A stretch of 59,996 bases of DNA, taken from positions 1 to 59,996 of IMG/VR virus record IMGVR_UViG_3300037264_000454; one strand, written 5' to 3'. The stretch's first letter is position 1, and each line of letters starts with the position of its first letter. The notes under the pieces are model-generated. The model saw only the letters and a program-made list of their open reading frames with translations. It made no database searches and had not been told where the DNA came from. Both the position numbers and the translations under genes were made by a program. Positions 1 through 7,517 of the stretch are shown here, in pieces. This stretch comes from a virus (Duplodnaviria; Caudoviricetes).

Positions 1-417
1 CGAGCCGCCGCCCCTGACGGGGGCCGAGCCGTAGGCCGTGACCGTGGCCGAGCCGTAGGCCGTGACCGTGGCCGAGCCGTAGGCCCTGACCGTGGCCGAG
101 CCGTAGGCCGTGACCGTGGCCGAGTCGCAGGCCGTGACCGTGGCCGAGTCGTAGGCCGTGACCGTGGCCGAGCCGTAGGCCGTGACCGTGGCCGAGCCGT
201 AGGCCGTGACCGTGGCCGAGCCGTAGGCCCTGACCGTGGCCGAGCCGTAGGCCGTGACCGTGGCCGAGTCGCAGGCCCTGACCGTGGCCGAGTCGTAGGC
301 CGTGACCGTGGCCGAGCGGTAAACGTCAAACCAACCATCACCGATGATGGCAATCAGTTCGCCCGTGTTCTTCTGCAGCGCCGCGTCGAGCTGCTTCTGC
401 GTGCGTACCTCAATCAT
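1..417 (-). CDS. N-terminal part of an SATVTAYG-repeat protein; runs off the left end and probably continues at 59996-59383
   Basis: ATG at 417 overlaps the TGA of the upstream gene (ATGA). Reads MIEVRTQKQLDAALQ...YRSATVTAYDSATVRACDSATVTAYG with no stop before the window edge. Confidence 0.8.
   Translation of the reverse strand, partial: MIEVRTQKQLDAALQKNTGELIAIIGDGWFDVYRSATVTAYDSATVRACDSATVTAYGSATVRAYGSATVTAYGSATVTAYGSATVTAYDSATVTACDSATVTAYGSATVRAYGSATVTAYGSATVTAYGSAPVRGGGS
23..316. repeat. 24-bp coding tandem repeat (gccgtgaccgtggccgagccgtag-type, about 12 copies)
   Basis: Directly visible. Encodes S-A-T-V-T/R-A-Y/C-G/D octapeptides on the minus strand. Confidence 0.95.
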
Positions 418-719
418 GCTGTCGCCTTCTCCCGGTCCTCAAGCGAGCGCCCCAGTTCGGCAAGGAACGCCTCAGCGCCGCCGGTCTGCCACCACGCCAC
501 GAAGACGGCGCGCGGCGTGATGTAGTTGCTGCCCTTGCCGCCGATGCGCGTCGACGGAATCGCACCCGTGCGCCAGCCCGCGTAGACGGTCTGGATGCCC
601 AGGCCCATCACCGCCGCGATCTCGGCAGCGGTGACGGGGTCGGACAAGCGGGTACGGGCGTCGGCGATGGTCTGTTCGACTAGGGCGGTGACGAGGGCGG
701 ATTCGTAGGTCGCGCTCAC
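414..719 (-). CDS. excisionase/MerR-like helix-turn-helix DNA-binding protein
   Basis: GTG at 719 overlaps the stop of the Tas-like gene. Motif VTAAEIAAVMGLGIQTVYAGWRTGAIPSTRIGG is typical of HTH_17/Xis. Confidence 0.75.
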   Translation of the reverse strand: MSATYESALVTALVEQTIADARTRLSDPVTAAEIAAVMGLGIQTVYAGWRTGAIPSTRIGGKGSNYITPRAVFVAWWQTGGAEAFLAELGRSLEDREKATA

Positions 720-1771
720 TTGCCACCTCCGGCGAGCCACAGGTCGCGCAAGACTTCCTTGCCGAGTAGCCGCAGCGCCGCCGCGTTCTGGTGCGATGGC
801 TTCCACGGCGATCCCTCTGGCGCTGGCTTGCCACTTGGCCCGCAGCGGACGCAGGGCTGCGCGTGTACGCGGTCTGCGTAGCGTTCGCGGGCCTTGTCGT
901 AGAACAGGCGGTAGTGCGGGTCGCCGCACTTCATCAGCGACACGGCGATGAGGTAGACCTGCTTCTTGGCGTTGGGGCTGCCCAGCCGCGCGGCATCCTC
1001 TGCGCTCATGCCGGTGTGCTTGCGCCGGTTGGGGTCGCCGTGGCCGCAGTACGACCAGAGGTCGGATACGCGGCGCTCATACGGCCCGTCGTCAATCAGG
1101 GTCCGTTTCTCGCCGCTGCCTTCCCAATGGTGCCGCGTCGTGTGGACGGGATGCCCCGTCTGCCCAAGCAGGCGCGCGAGCGACTTCTCGCCCAATCCCT
1201 TCGCCGCTACCTGCCACGCGATGATGTCGGGGTCGACGACGCGCAGGTAGCAGGCGATGAGTGACTTGAGGATGTCTTTCTCGGTGCGCTTGAGCGAATC
1301 GAGCATGGCCGCGAACTGCGCGAAGTCGACATCCGACAGGGCGATACGGTTGCCCTGTCGGATGCGCTCCTGCTCCGCGTCGTTCAAGGCTTCTGCCCAG
1401 ACGCGCAGGTCGAGGTATCCAGCGGGGGCGGAGTGAGGCTGGGTTTCGCAGCTCGCTTGGCCCCCGCTGGAATCTTTGACGACGGCGCGTGGACGGTGGG
1501 TTTCGCTTGCCGTTTGGCCGTCGTCAAGAGTGGTGCCGCTGGCGGCAACCCGGTGGGTTTCGCTCGATCCTTGGCCAGCGGCAGTAGTTGAAGGACGGGG
1601 CGGTGACGGGCTGGGTTTCGCGATGACCCTGGCCCCGTCCTTGTCTTTGGCCCCGCGCGGAGTACTTATGGGTTTCGGTCTCTCAATGGCGCGGGGCTTA
1701 CTTGAAGGCCGGGGCGGGGTGGGAATGGGCTTCGCTAGTGCCATGGCCCCGGCCAAACTTGCGGCGCTCAC
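716..1771 (-). CDS. tasA: TIGR-associated Tas-like protein (IS110/Nop-like RNA-binding domain, no nuclease; TasA-like)
   Basis: The C-terminal ~233 aa show a coiled coil, KGLGEKSLARLLG, LWSYCG, YRLFYDKARERY and HQNAAALRLLGKEVLRDLW, matching the IS110 Tnp/Nop helical domain. No RuvC DEDD or HNH motif. The guide-like array is immediately 5'. Start placed at GTG 1771 (GTGA overlap with the upstream stop). Confidence 0.8.
   Translation of the reverse strand: MSAASLAGAMALAKPIPTPPRPSSKPRAIERPKPISTPRGAKDKDGARVIAKPSPSPPRPSTTAAGQGSSETHRVAASGTTLDDGQTASETHRPRAVVKDSSGGQASCETQPHSAPAGYLDLRVWAEALNDAEQERIRQGNRIALSDVDFAQFAAMLDSLKRTEKDILKSLIACYLRVVDPDIIAWQVAAKGLGEKSLARLLGQTGHPVHTTRHHWEGSGEKRTLIDDGPYERRVSDLWSYCGHGDPNRRKHTGMSAEDAARLGSPNAKKQVYLIAVSLMKCGDPHYRLFYDKARERYADRVHAQPCVRCGPSGKPAPEGSPWKPSHQNAAALRLLGKEVLRDLWLAGGGK
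1418..1754 (-). ncRNA. stem-loop TIGR-like guide RNA array, 6 units
   Basis: Loop repeat tgggtttcg (+ strand) at 1440, 1497, 1554, 1612, 1669 and 1726 (tgggcttcg). Each is flanked by two 9-nt variable spacers, then gcg/tggc, then a unit-specific inverted-repeat stem (e.g. ggccggggc 1707-1715 / gccccggcc 1746-1754). Confidence 0.9.
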
Positions 1772-2211
1772 GACATGTCTCCGAGACACGTCACGCCGTT
1801 CTTGGTGATGGTGTTCGCCGCTGCTTCGTGGATCGTCGCCGTTGCGATGTTGCCCGATGCGAGGCGGCGGCGTTCGGCGGCGTATTCGAGGTGTTCGTCG
1901 GCAGTCGCTTCGATCCACCAAACGAAGTGGCCGTTGACGGCGAAACGCTTGCCGAGCATGCGGTCGCGGTCGGCGGGATGCTCGAAGAGGCCGCCGACGC
2001 CGCCGGGATTGTCGCGCACTTCGCGCTCTGCCGCGCGGGTCATGGTGCGGACTTGGTTCGCCATCGCGTTGCGGACGATGGGGAACAGTTCCGCCATGAT
2101 GGATTCGCCGTCGAGGTCGGAGATGAATGCGCGGGCGGCTTCGTCTAGGTCTTCGTGCGTGTTGACGTACGCCTGCATGTTACGAACGCGCTGTGTGGCG
2201 TAGGGAGTCAT
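1768..2211 (-). CDS. hypothetical protein translationally coupled upstream of the Tas-like gene
   Basis: 147-aa ORF with 4-bp overlaps on both sides. Confidence 0.75.
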   Translation of the reverse strand: MTPYATQRVRNMQAYVNTHEDLDEAARAFISDLDGESIMAELFPIVRNAMANQVRTMTRAAEREVRDNPGGVGGLFEHPADRDRMLGKRFAVNGHFVWWIEATADEHLEYAAERRRLASGNIATATIHEAAANTITKNGVTCLGDMS

Positions 2212-2783
2212 TCACTGCCTCCGTTGTCGTCGCCCTCAGGGAACAGCGCGCCGAAGTCCTCGTCGGTGCCGTCGTCGGCCTCTGTGCCGTCGTCGGCGCC
2301 CTCTGCGGCTGCGGAGTCGTCGGGCGGCTCATCGTCGCCTGACGGGGCTGTGGTGGGCCCAGGGGCGGTATCCTTGCCCTTCGCCGTGGGGACAAGCGTG
2401 AATGTCTGCTTCGTCCGGCCGATCTGCGCCTTGAACTTGAGCGGCTTCGTGAGCTCCGGACTGCCCTTCACGCGGATGCAGAGGCCGTCGTCGGCCAAGC
2501 CGCTCGCATCGGGGGCGGGGTAGAGGGTGATCTTGTGGCCGCCCCAGTCGTCGGACTCGTCGCCGAACATGGCGCGGGCGCAGACGCCGTTAGTGAGTAC
2601 GGCAGGCATCTTCTTCGGCGTCTCCCTAAAGTGCCAGACGGGCATGGACTTCTCGCTGGCGCTGCCCTTGCCGAGCAACTCCTGCGTCACCGGCTCCTCG
2701 GCCCGGAACGTCAGCGTGTACGGCTTGCCCTTGAAGTCGGCCGCGTAGATGCGGTCCTTCGGGTACATGTCGGAGAACTTCAC
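2208..2783 (-). CDS. putative ssDNA-binding/annealing protein with acidic C-terminal tail
   Basis: Directly downstream of the RecE-like exonuclease; D/E-rich tail. Function is inferred. Confidence 0.5.
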   Translation of the reverse strand: MKFSDMYPKDRIYAADFKGKPYTLTFRAEEPVTQELLGKGSASEKSMPVWHFRETPKKMPAVLTNGVCARAMFGDESDDWGGHKITLYPAPDASGLADDGLCIRVKGSPELTKPLKFKAQIGRTKQTFTLVPTAKGKDTAPGPTTAPSGDDEPPDDSAAAEGADDGTEADDGTDEDFGALFPEGDDNGGSE

Positions 2784-3586
2784 GATGACAACACCTCGAT
2801 TTCGATTTCGTCACTGGGGATCGGATACGCCCACGACGGCAGCCACAGCGGCGCCTCGCGTGGACATTGACCCGGCCAACTGCGCCGTTTCCGGCACCCG
2901 GCCAGCAGGTGGAGCAGTTCGTAGACTTGGTCGCGGCCCATGTCGAGCGTGTCTTCGTCGACGGGGAAGACTGCGACGTCGTGGGGTGCTTCGGCTTCGA
3001 CCGCGATGATGTAGACGGGCCGGTCGATGCCCAGGGCGCGCAGGCCGTTGCTATAGAAGGCCAGTTGCCCGACATAGTTCATACGCGCGACCACGCCGCC
3101 GAAGATGCGTTGGTCGATGTCGCCGGTGGTTTTCAGGTCGAACATGCCGAGCGGGCCGACGAAGTCGAGACGGGCCTTGCAGCGGATGCGGGTCTGCGGA
3201 TCGATCCAGACGATGGACTGCTCCGCCTTGCCGCGCCGTAGCAGTTGCCGGGCGCGCTTGTGGCCGCGTACGGCGTCGCGTACGGCGAGCGCCTTCTCGT
3301 ACTCGGCGGTCTTGAGGATGGTCTTGTCGGCGTTGGCGGCGGCGAACTCTTTCCACTCGTTGCCGCGACGGTCGCCGTTCGTGTAGACGGTGAACTCGAC
3401 GGGGAAGCGATCGGGCTCCAGGACGGCCGAGTGGACGGCGCGACCGAAGGCCATCGCGGGGTTGTCCGTGCGCGGCGTCGCGAGCCGGTGCCGGTAGTGC
3501 TTCGGGGACTTCGCCAGTTCCTTGAGCGTGCCCCAGTTCACGGCGCGGATTGCGGCGTATTCGTCGTAGGATTCGCGTGGGCTCAT
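2780..3586 (-). CDS. RecE/exonuclease VIII-like PD-(D/E)XK exonuclease
   Basis: FGRAVHSAVLEP, EQSIVW, CKARLD, DLKTT and YVGQLAFY motifs. ATG at 3586. Confidence 0.85.
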   Translation of the reverse strand: MSPRESYDEYAAIRAVNWGTLKELAKSPKHYRHRLATPRTDNPAMAFGRAVHSAVLEPDRFPVEFTVYTNGDRRGNEWKEFAAANADKTILKTAEYEKALAVRDAVRGHKRARQLLRRGKAEQSIVWIDPQTRIRCKARLDFVGPLGMFDLKTTGDIDQRIFGGVVARMNYVGQLAFYSNGLRALGIDRPVYIIAVEAEAPHDVAVFPVDEDTLDMGRDQVYELLHLLAGCRKRRSWPGQCPREAPLWLPSWAYPIPSDEIEIEVLSS

Positions 3587-3915
3587 GCCGCCCCCTCCCT
3601 CAGTTGGTCGGCGTCTTCGGCGAAGGCCACGCGGACGGTGCCGCAATCGGGGCAGGTGTCGGAGTCGTCCGGCAGCTCTTCGCCGAAGTCGATGGGGAAC
3701 ACGTCGCGCTCATGCGTCGCCACGAACTCAGCGACGCCGATCTGCTTGCCCTCGGGATCGCGGTACTCGGCGGTAACGGTCATGGTGTCGCCGTGCGGGT
3801 GCCGTTCGATCTCCCTCGACATGCGCAGGTCTTCGCCGAAGAACTCGACCTTGGCGATGGCCTCGAAGGCGTCGGCGGGGGTGTCGTAGGTGCGGGTTCT
3901 TGTGGTGCCGGTCAT
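3583..3915 (-). CDS. hypothetical protein
   Basis: ATG 3915 with 4-bp overlaps; C-terminal CPDC. Confidence 0.6.
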   Translation of the reverse strand: MTGTTRTRTYDTPADAFEAIAKVEFFGEDLRMSREIERHPHGDTMTVTAEYRDPEGKQIGVAEFVATHERDVFPIDFGEELPDDSDTCPDCGTVRVAFAEDADQLREGAA

Positions 3916-4289
3916 GGGGAGACCTCGTATACAGCCTGCACAACGAGCGCCCACAGACCATCGTCGCGTTCGACCCACTCGCCAGCCGCGACGCCGCGAC
4001 CGTCGGGCGTCTCGCACTCAACGAAGCGTCCGGACTCGTGCGAGGGCGGACCGTCGAAGACGATGTGGAGCGGGCGTACCTGCGGTCGCGGCGACTCCTC
4101 TGCCGTGAAGAACCGCTTCCCCCTGGCCACCGGCGCCACTGTGTCCCAGACGAACCCCATCTCGTCGCCAAGGATTCGCCACACCATGTTCGCGTTCTCC
4201 TGTGGCCTTGCGGGCGTGCCGCATTGGAGGGCGATCATCGGAACCGGCTTGCACGCCTCAAGCAGCCTGTCGAACTGCTCTTGAGTCAT
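3912..4289 (-). CDS. hypothetical protein
   Basis: MTQEQFDRLLEACK...; IVFDGPPSHESGRFVECE segment resembles small phage proteins. Confidence 0.6.
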   Translation of the reverse strand: MTQEQFDRLLEACKPVPMIALQCGTPARPQENANMVWRILGDEMGFVWDTVAPVARGKRFFTAEESPRPQVRPLHIVFDGPPSHESGRFVECETPDGRGVAAGEWVERDDGLWALVVQAVYEVSP

Positions 4290-4303
4290 CTCGTACTCGC
4301 GCC

Positions 4304-4600
4304 TCACGACGTCACCGGAACACTGGTACGCGGCACGAAGTGGTCTCCGAGCTTGCCGGTCTTGCGGTCGATGTTGCGATAGATGCCGCACACGTCGTGG
4401 GTGAAGGTGAAGTCGTCGGACGCCAGGAGTTGGGCGAGGTCGAGCGGACACCCGTTGGCGACGCACGCGGTGATGTCCATGGTGGCATCTATGCGCGGCC
4501 ACTGACCATCGTCGGATTGAATCGTGGCCTCGATGCGGTCCACGATCTGGTCGATGAGGTCGGCGTCTTCGCGCGAGACGGCGAACGAGATCTCGCTCAC
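4304..4600 (-). CDS. conserved phage hypothetical protein (DUF6874-like)
   Basis: MDITACVANGCPLDLAQLLASDDFTFTHDVCGIYRNIDRKTGKLGDHFVPR motif. Confidence 0.65.
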   Translation of the reverse strand: MSEISFAVSREDADLIDQIVDRIEATIQSDDGQWPRIDATMDITACVANGCPLDLAQLLASDDFTFTHDVCGIYRNIDRKTGKLGDHFVPRTSVPVTS

Positions 4601-4779
4601 GACGCCACCCACTCGCAGCCGCAGTCCTCGCAGGCGAAGCGGTACACGGTGATGGCCAAGTCGCGTTCGGGTGTCGATGCGACTGCGTGGCCGACGCCTT
4701 CGCAATGCGGACATGCGTCTTCCCCGACAACTTCCGACTGCTCGGTATCCTCGAAGTCGACAAAGCGAATGGCCTTCAC
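4597..4779 (-). CDS. small zinc-ribbon protein
   Basis: CPHC...CEDC; overlapping start/stop. Confidence 0.55.
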   Translation of the reverse strand: MKAIRFVDFEDTEQSEVVGEDACPHCEGVGHAVASTPERDLAITVYRFACEDCGCEWVAS

Positions 4780-4976
4780 CCCGCCACCGCCATGATGACG
4801 ACCGCGATCGCGTAGATGATGACCGCGGTGAACCAGATGAGCGTGAGGGCACCGGCGAGGGCGACGGCGTCTTCCCAGCAGGTGACGAGGCGGGTATGCT
4901 GTGCGGTGCTCTGCTTTGCGGTGGAGCGTTGGGGTCCTTCAGCTTCGTGGCGGGGGACCCCCTCTGCGTTTCTCAT
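4776..4976 (-). CDS. small membrane protein
   Basis: Hydrophobic C-terminal helix; GAGG RBS upstream. Confidence 0.55.
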   Translation of the reverse strand: MRNAEGVPRHEAEGPQRSTAKQSTAQHTRLVTCWEDAVALAGALTLIWFTAVIIYAIAVVIMAVAG

Positions 4977-5059
4977 GTCCCCTCTTCTCGTTCGATGAAC
5001 GACCTATCCGTCTGTGTCAGTGGCGCCTCCTCGTAGTGCTTCAGTTATCGCGTAGTTGC

Positions 5060-5088
5060 AAGCTATACCGTTCTATACGGCGTGTCAA
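5060..5088 (-). promoter_or_regulatory. sigma70/SigA-like promoter driving the recombination and Tas operon leftwards
   Basis: Minus strand TTGACA-17 nt-TAGCTT in an AT-richer intergenic gap. A TATACCG/TATACGG direct repeat lies across the -10 box and spacer. Confidence 0.7.
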
Positions 5089-5196
5089 CACCAAATCCCT
5101 GCTAGGTCAGATGCCCGATTCGTGTTGAGAGAACGCCCTCCGCCCCGGTGCGGCCGTGGACGGAGGGCGTATGCGCGAGCAAGCGCGCAGTCTTGT

Positions 5197-5655
5197 CTAC
5201 TTGCAGTCGTCGCCGCGAACGTCGACGGTCCAGGGGGTGTTGGTGTGCTTCGTGTTGCCGTCCTTCCCGTACTGGCAAGTCGCCGCATTCGAAAGGACCG
5301 TGCCGCAACGGTAGCCGATGAGGTTCACGGACATGTCCGACTTCGTCCTGCCGTCCTTCCGATAGCTCGCGCTCGACTCCGAACTCGTCCACTCGCGACG
5401 TGCGCCGCAGTGGTTGCAGGTTTCTCCGCCCATGGGGGTCTCCTTGGTTGATTTGGCGTTGCCGCAGTTGAAGGGCAGGGTGATGGGGTTGGTGCTCGCC
5501 GTTGCCGATCCCAGCCACATGACCGGCGGCGAGTACAGGTAGGGAGACCCGCCGCCTTTGATGCCGTAACTGCGCAAGGAGGCAGCGGCGCCCTCAGACG
5601 GCTTGACGAACGACGACAAGTCGACGTCGGCGAGGTTGATGGTGGTGTCGCTCAC
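5197..5655 (-). CDS. hypothetical protein
   Basis: 152-aa ORF co-oriented with its neighbours. Confidence 0.5.
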   Translation of the reverse strand: MSDTTINLADVDLSSFVKPSEGAAASLRSYGIKGGGSPYLYSPPVMWLGSATASTNPITLPFNCGNAKSTKETPMGGETCNHCGARREWTSSESSASYRKDGRTKSDMSVNLIGYRCGTVLSNAATCQYGKDGNTKHTNTPWTVDVRGDDCK

Positions 5656-5656
5656 G

Positions 5657-5860
5657 TCACCACTTCGTGCTCGAGCTCTCGATCCGATACCGCCTCAGCG
5701 CCAGCACACCGGCACCGGCCAGCCCGACGACGATGGGCACGAGCGCGTCGCCGACGCCGACCTTGCTCACGTTGTCGGGAATGGTCAGCCATGCGGCGGC
5801 GATGGTGGCGGCGGTGGTGGCGAGGTCGTAGATGAATGCCTTGAAAACTGCTGTGTTCAT
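5657..5860 (-). CDS. holin-like small membrane protein
   Basis: 67 aa, two hydrophobic helices, basic C-terminus (RRYR). Confidence 0.5.
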   Translation of the reverse strand: MNTAVFKAFIYDLATTAATIAAAWLTIPDNVSKVGVGDALVPIVVGLAGAGVLALRRYRIESSSTKW

Positions 5861-5873
5861 GCGGGGCCTTTCT

Positions 5874-6311
5874 TCATGGTGCCATCTTTATCAGCGGGAT
5901 TCCGTTGGGTCCGCTCGGGATGTACACCTGCGTGTGATTCGGCGACCCCGCCATCTTCAACTGCGCCTGAATGGCTTCGTGCTGAAGGTACAGCGGAGTC
6001 AGACTCGTGTTGATGATCTGCTGCGCGTCGGCGATGCCCTTGGCTTCGGCTACGCGCACGGCTGCCTTCTGCTGCTCAACCTGCACGAGTTGCTGCGTCT
6101 GCGCGATCTGAATTTCGTTGAGCTTCGTCTGGTTGTTGGCGTTCATCTGCGCCACTCGGATGTTGTTGGTCGCGTCGGTGCGCTTCTGGTATCGGCTGTA
6201 GCTCTTGCAGCCGAATGCGCCTCCGACACTCAGGCCGATGAGTAGCCCGATGACGACCGCGACCATGATGGTGTAGTAGGCGTAGTCTTTCGCGGTGTAT
6301 CCGTAAGCCAT
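5874..6311 (-). CDS. membrane-anchored band-7/SPFH-like coiled-coil protein
   Basis: N-terminal TM, then AEAKGIADAQQIINTSLTPLYLQHEAIQA...QVYIPSG. Confidence 0.65.
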   Translation of the reverse strand: MAYGYTAKDYAYYTIMVAVVIGLLIGLSVGGAFGCKSYSRYQKRTDATNNIRVAQMNANNQTKLNEIQIAQTQQLVQVEQQKAAVRVAEAKGIADAQQIINTSLTPLYLQHEAIQAQLKMAGSPNHTQVYIPSGPNGIPLIKMAP

Positions 6312-6416
6312 GCGTTCCCCTCTCAGTTGAGTATCGTTGCTTTCACGATCACGTACACGTACACGCCCAGGACCGCGAGCACGAACACGACGGTGGCCCA
6401 GACGGGGATGAAGTGG

Positions 6417-6689
6417 TCATCGCGCATCACTTTTGTACGCGCCAATCCCCACGCCAGCGTCGATGAGCGTTTGCGCGGCTGCCTGCGCGGCCCGTCGATT
6501 GACGGCGACCACGTGGTCGCCGTCGCACTTGGCGAACAAATCCCACGGGATGTTGTCGCTGGGGTGACGATGGAAGGTGCCGTAGATGGCCCGCGCCAGT
6601 TCGTCGATGGTGGACGCGCCGAAGGGTTCATCGAAGTGGCGCTTCTTGGCCTTGAGCTTGTGGTTGCAGTGTGGGCAGCGTTCTTTCAT
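6417..6689 (-). CDS. hypothetical protein
   Basis: MKERCPHCNHKLK...; co-oriented. Confidence 0.45.
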   Translation of the reverse strand: MKERCPHCNHKLKAKKRHFDEPFGASTIDELARAIYGTFHRHPSDNIPWDLFAKCDGDHVVAVNRRAAQAAAQTLIDAGVGIGAYKSDAR

Positions 6690-6849
6690 CTCGCTCCTTT
6701 CAGTCGCCGCCACGTCCGCAACGCGAGCGGCACCGGGCCGCGATTCCACCAGCGGCGGCGCATGTAGACGGCTACGGTGTAGGTCTTGGTGCCGGGAGCG
6801 ACAGCGGTACGCGGAGTCGTCGTCACCTTCCAGCCGGGTTCGTTGCACT

Positions 6850-7506
6850 TCATGTCGCATCACGTGGGAAGTCGCAGTGCTTGATCTTCGTTATGACCCT
6901 GCCGCCGCGCCGGGTGCAGAGTTCGGTGACAGGGCGGCAGACGATGCCCTCTGCGGTGAAGTCGCCCCACTGCGAGTCGAACCCCTCACGCGCCATATCG
7001 ACTGCATCCATGAGTGTGCCACAGCCGACGGCTGGCACGATCTCGACGGTGAACTTCTGCGCCAGATCGACCACGTCTTCGCGCTGTAGCCAGAGCGATT
7101 CCACCTTCACGTCGAAGAGCACGAAGTCCTTGTGATCGAGGTAGCAGCCGCCTTTCTGGATGCCCGCCCCGTAGCCCTCGCCGTAGAAGCAGACGCGCGT
7201 GGGGCCGAACTCGGCAGCCGGCGGCGGGAACGTCTCGCGGAAGAGTTCGAGATGGTGGTCAAACAGCAGGTGTAGGCGCTCGACGAGTTCGACGTGCAGT
7301 TGCGCGTTGTCCGTCTTGCCGTTGAAGAACACACGCTCGCCGTCGAACATCACGCGGATGTTGGTGCCGTCGACCTTCTCGGTGAACGTCCAGTCGTTGT
7401 CGGCGAGGTAGGCCAGTTCCGGGGTCGACCACTCGCCGACCATGAGTCTGCCCCGGTTTGCCATGTCGCGCTTGAACATCGTCTGGATCTTGTGGTACTT
7501 CTCCAT
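6850..7506 (-). CDS. RNA ligase (Rnl2-like nucleotidyltransferase domain)
   Basis: Motif I EKVDGTN, YGEGYG, FVLFDV, EGIVCRP and KIK. Confidence 0.85.
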   Translation of the reverse strand: MEKYHKIQTMFKRDMANRGRLMVGEWSTPELAYLADNDWTFTEKVDGTNIRVMFDGERVFFNGKTDNAQLHVELVERLHLLFDHHLELFRETFPPPAAEFGPTRVCFYGEGYGAGIQKGGCYLDHKDFVLFDVKVESLWLQREDVVDLAQKFTVEIVPAVGCGTLMDAVDMAREGFDSQWGDFTAEGIVCRPVTELCTRRGGRVITKIKHCDFPRDAT

Positions 7507-7517
7507 CTCATCCCCTC

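Noticed and set aside
1418-1754. CRISPR array
   Set aside because: Conserved parts are only 3-9 nt, spacers are paired 9-mers inside variable stems, and there are no cas genes.
716-1921. IS110 transposon / 401-aa transposase starting at 1921
   Set aside because: No DEDD RuvC domain or catalytic SG motif is visible, the gene is embedded in a coupled phage operon, and a 1921 start would overlap the upstream gene by about 150 nt.
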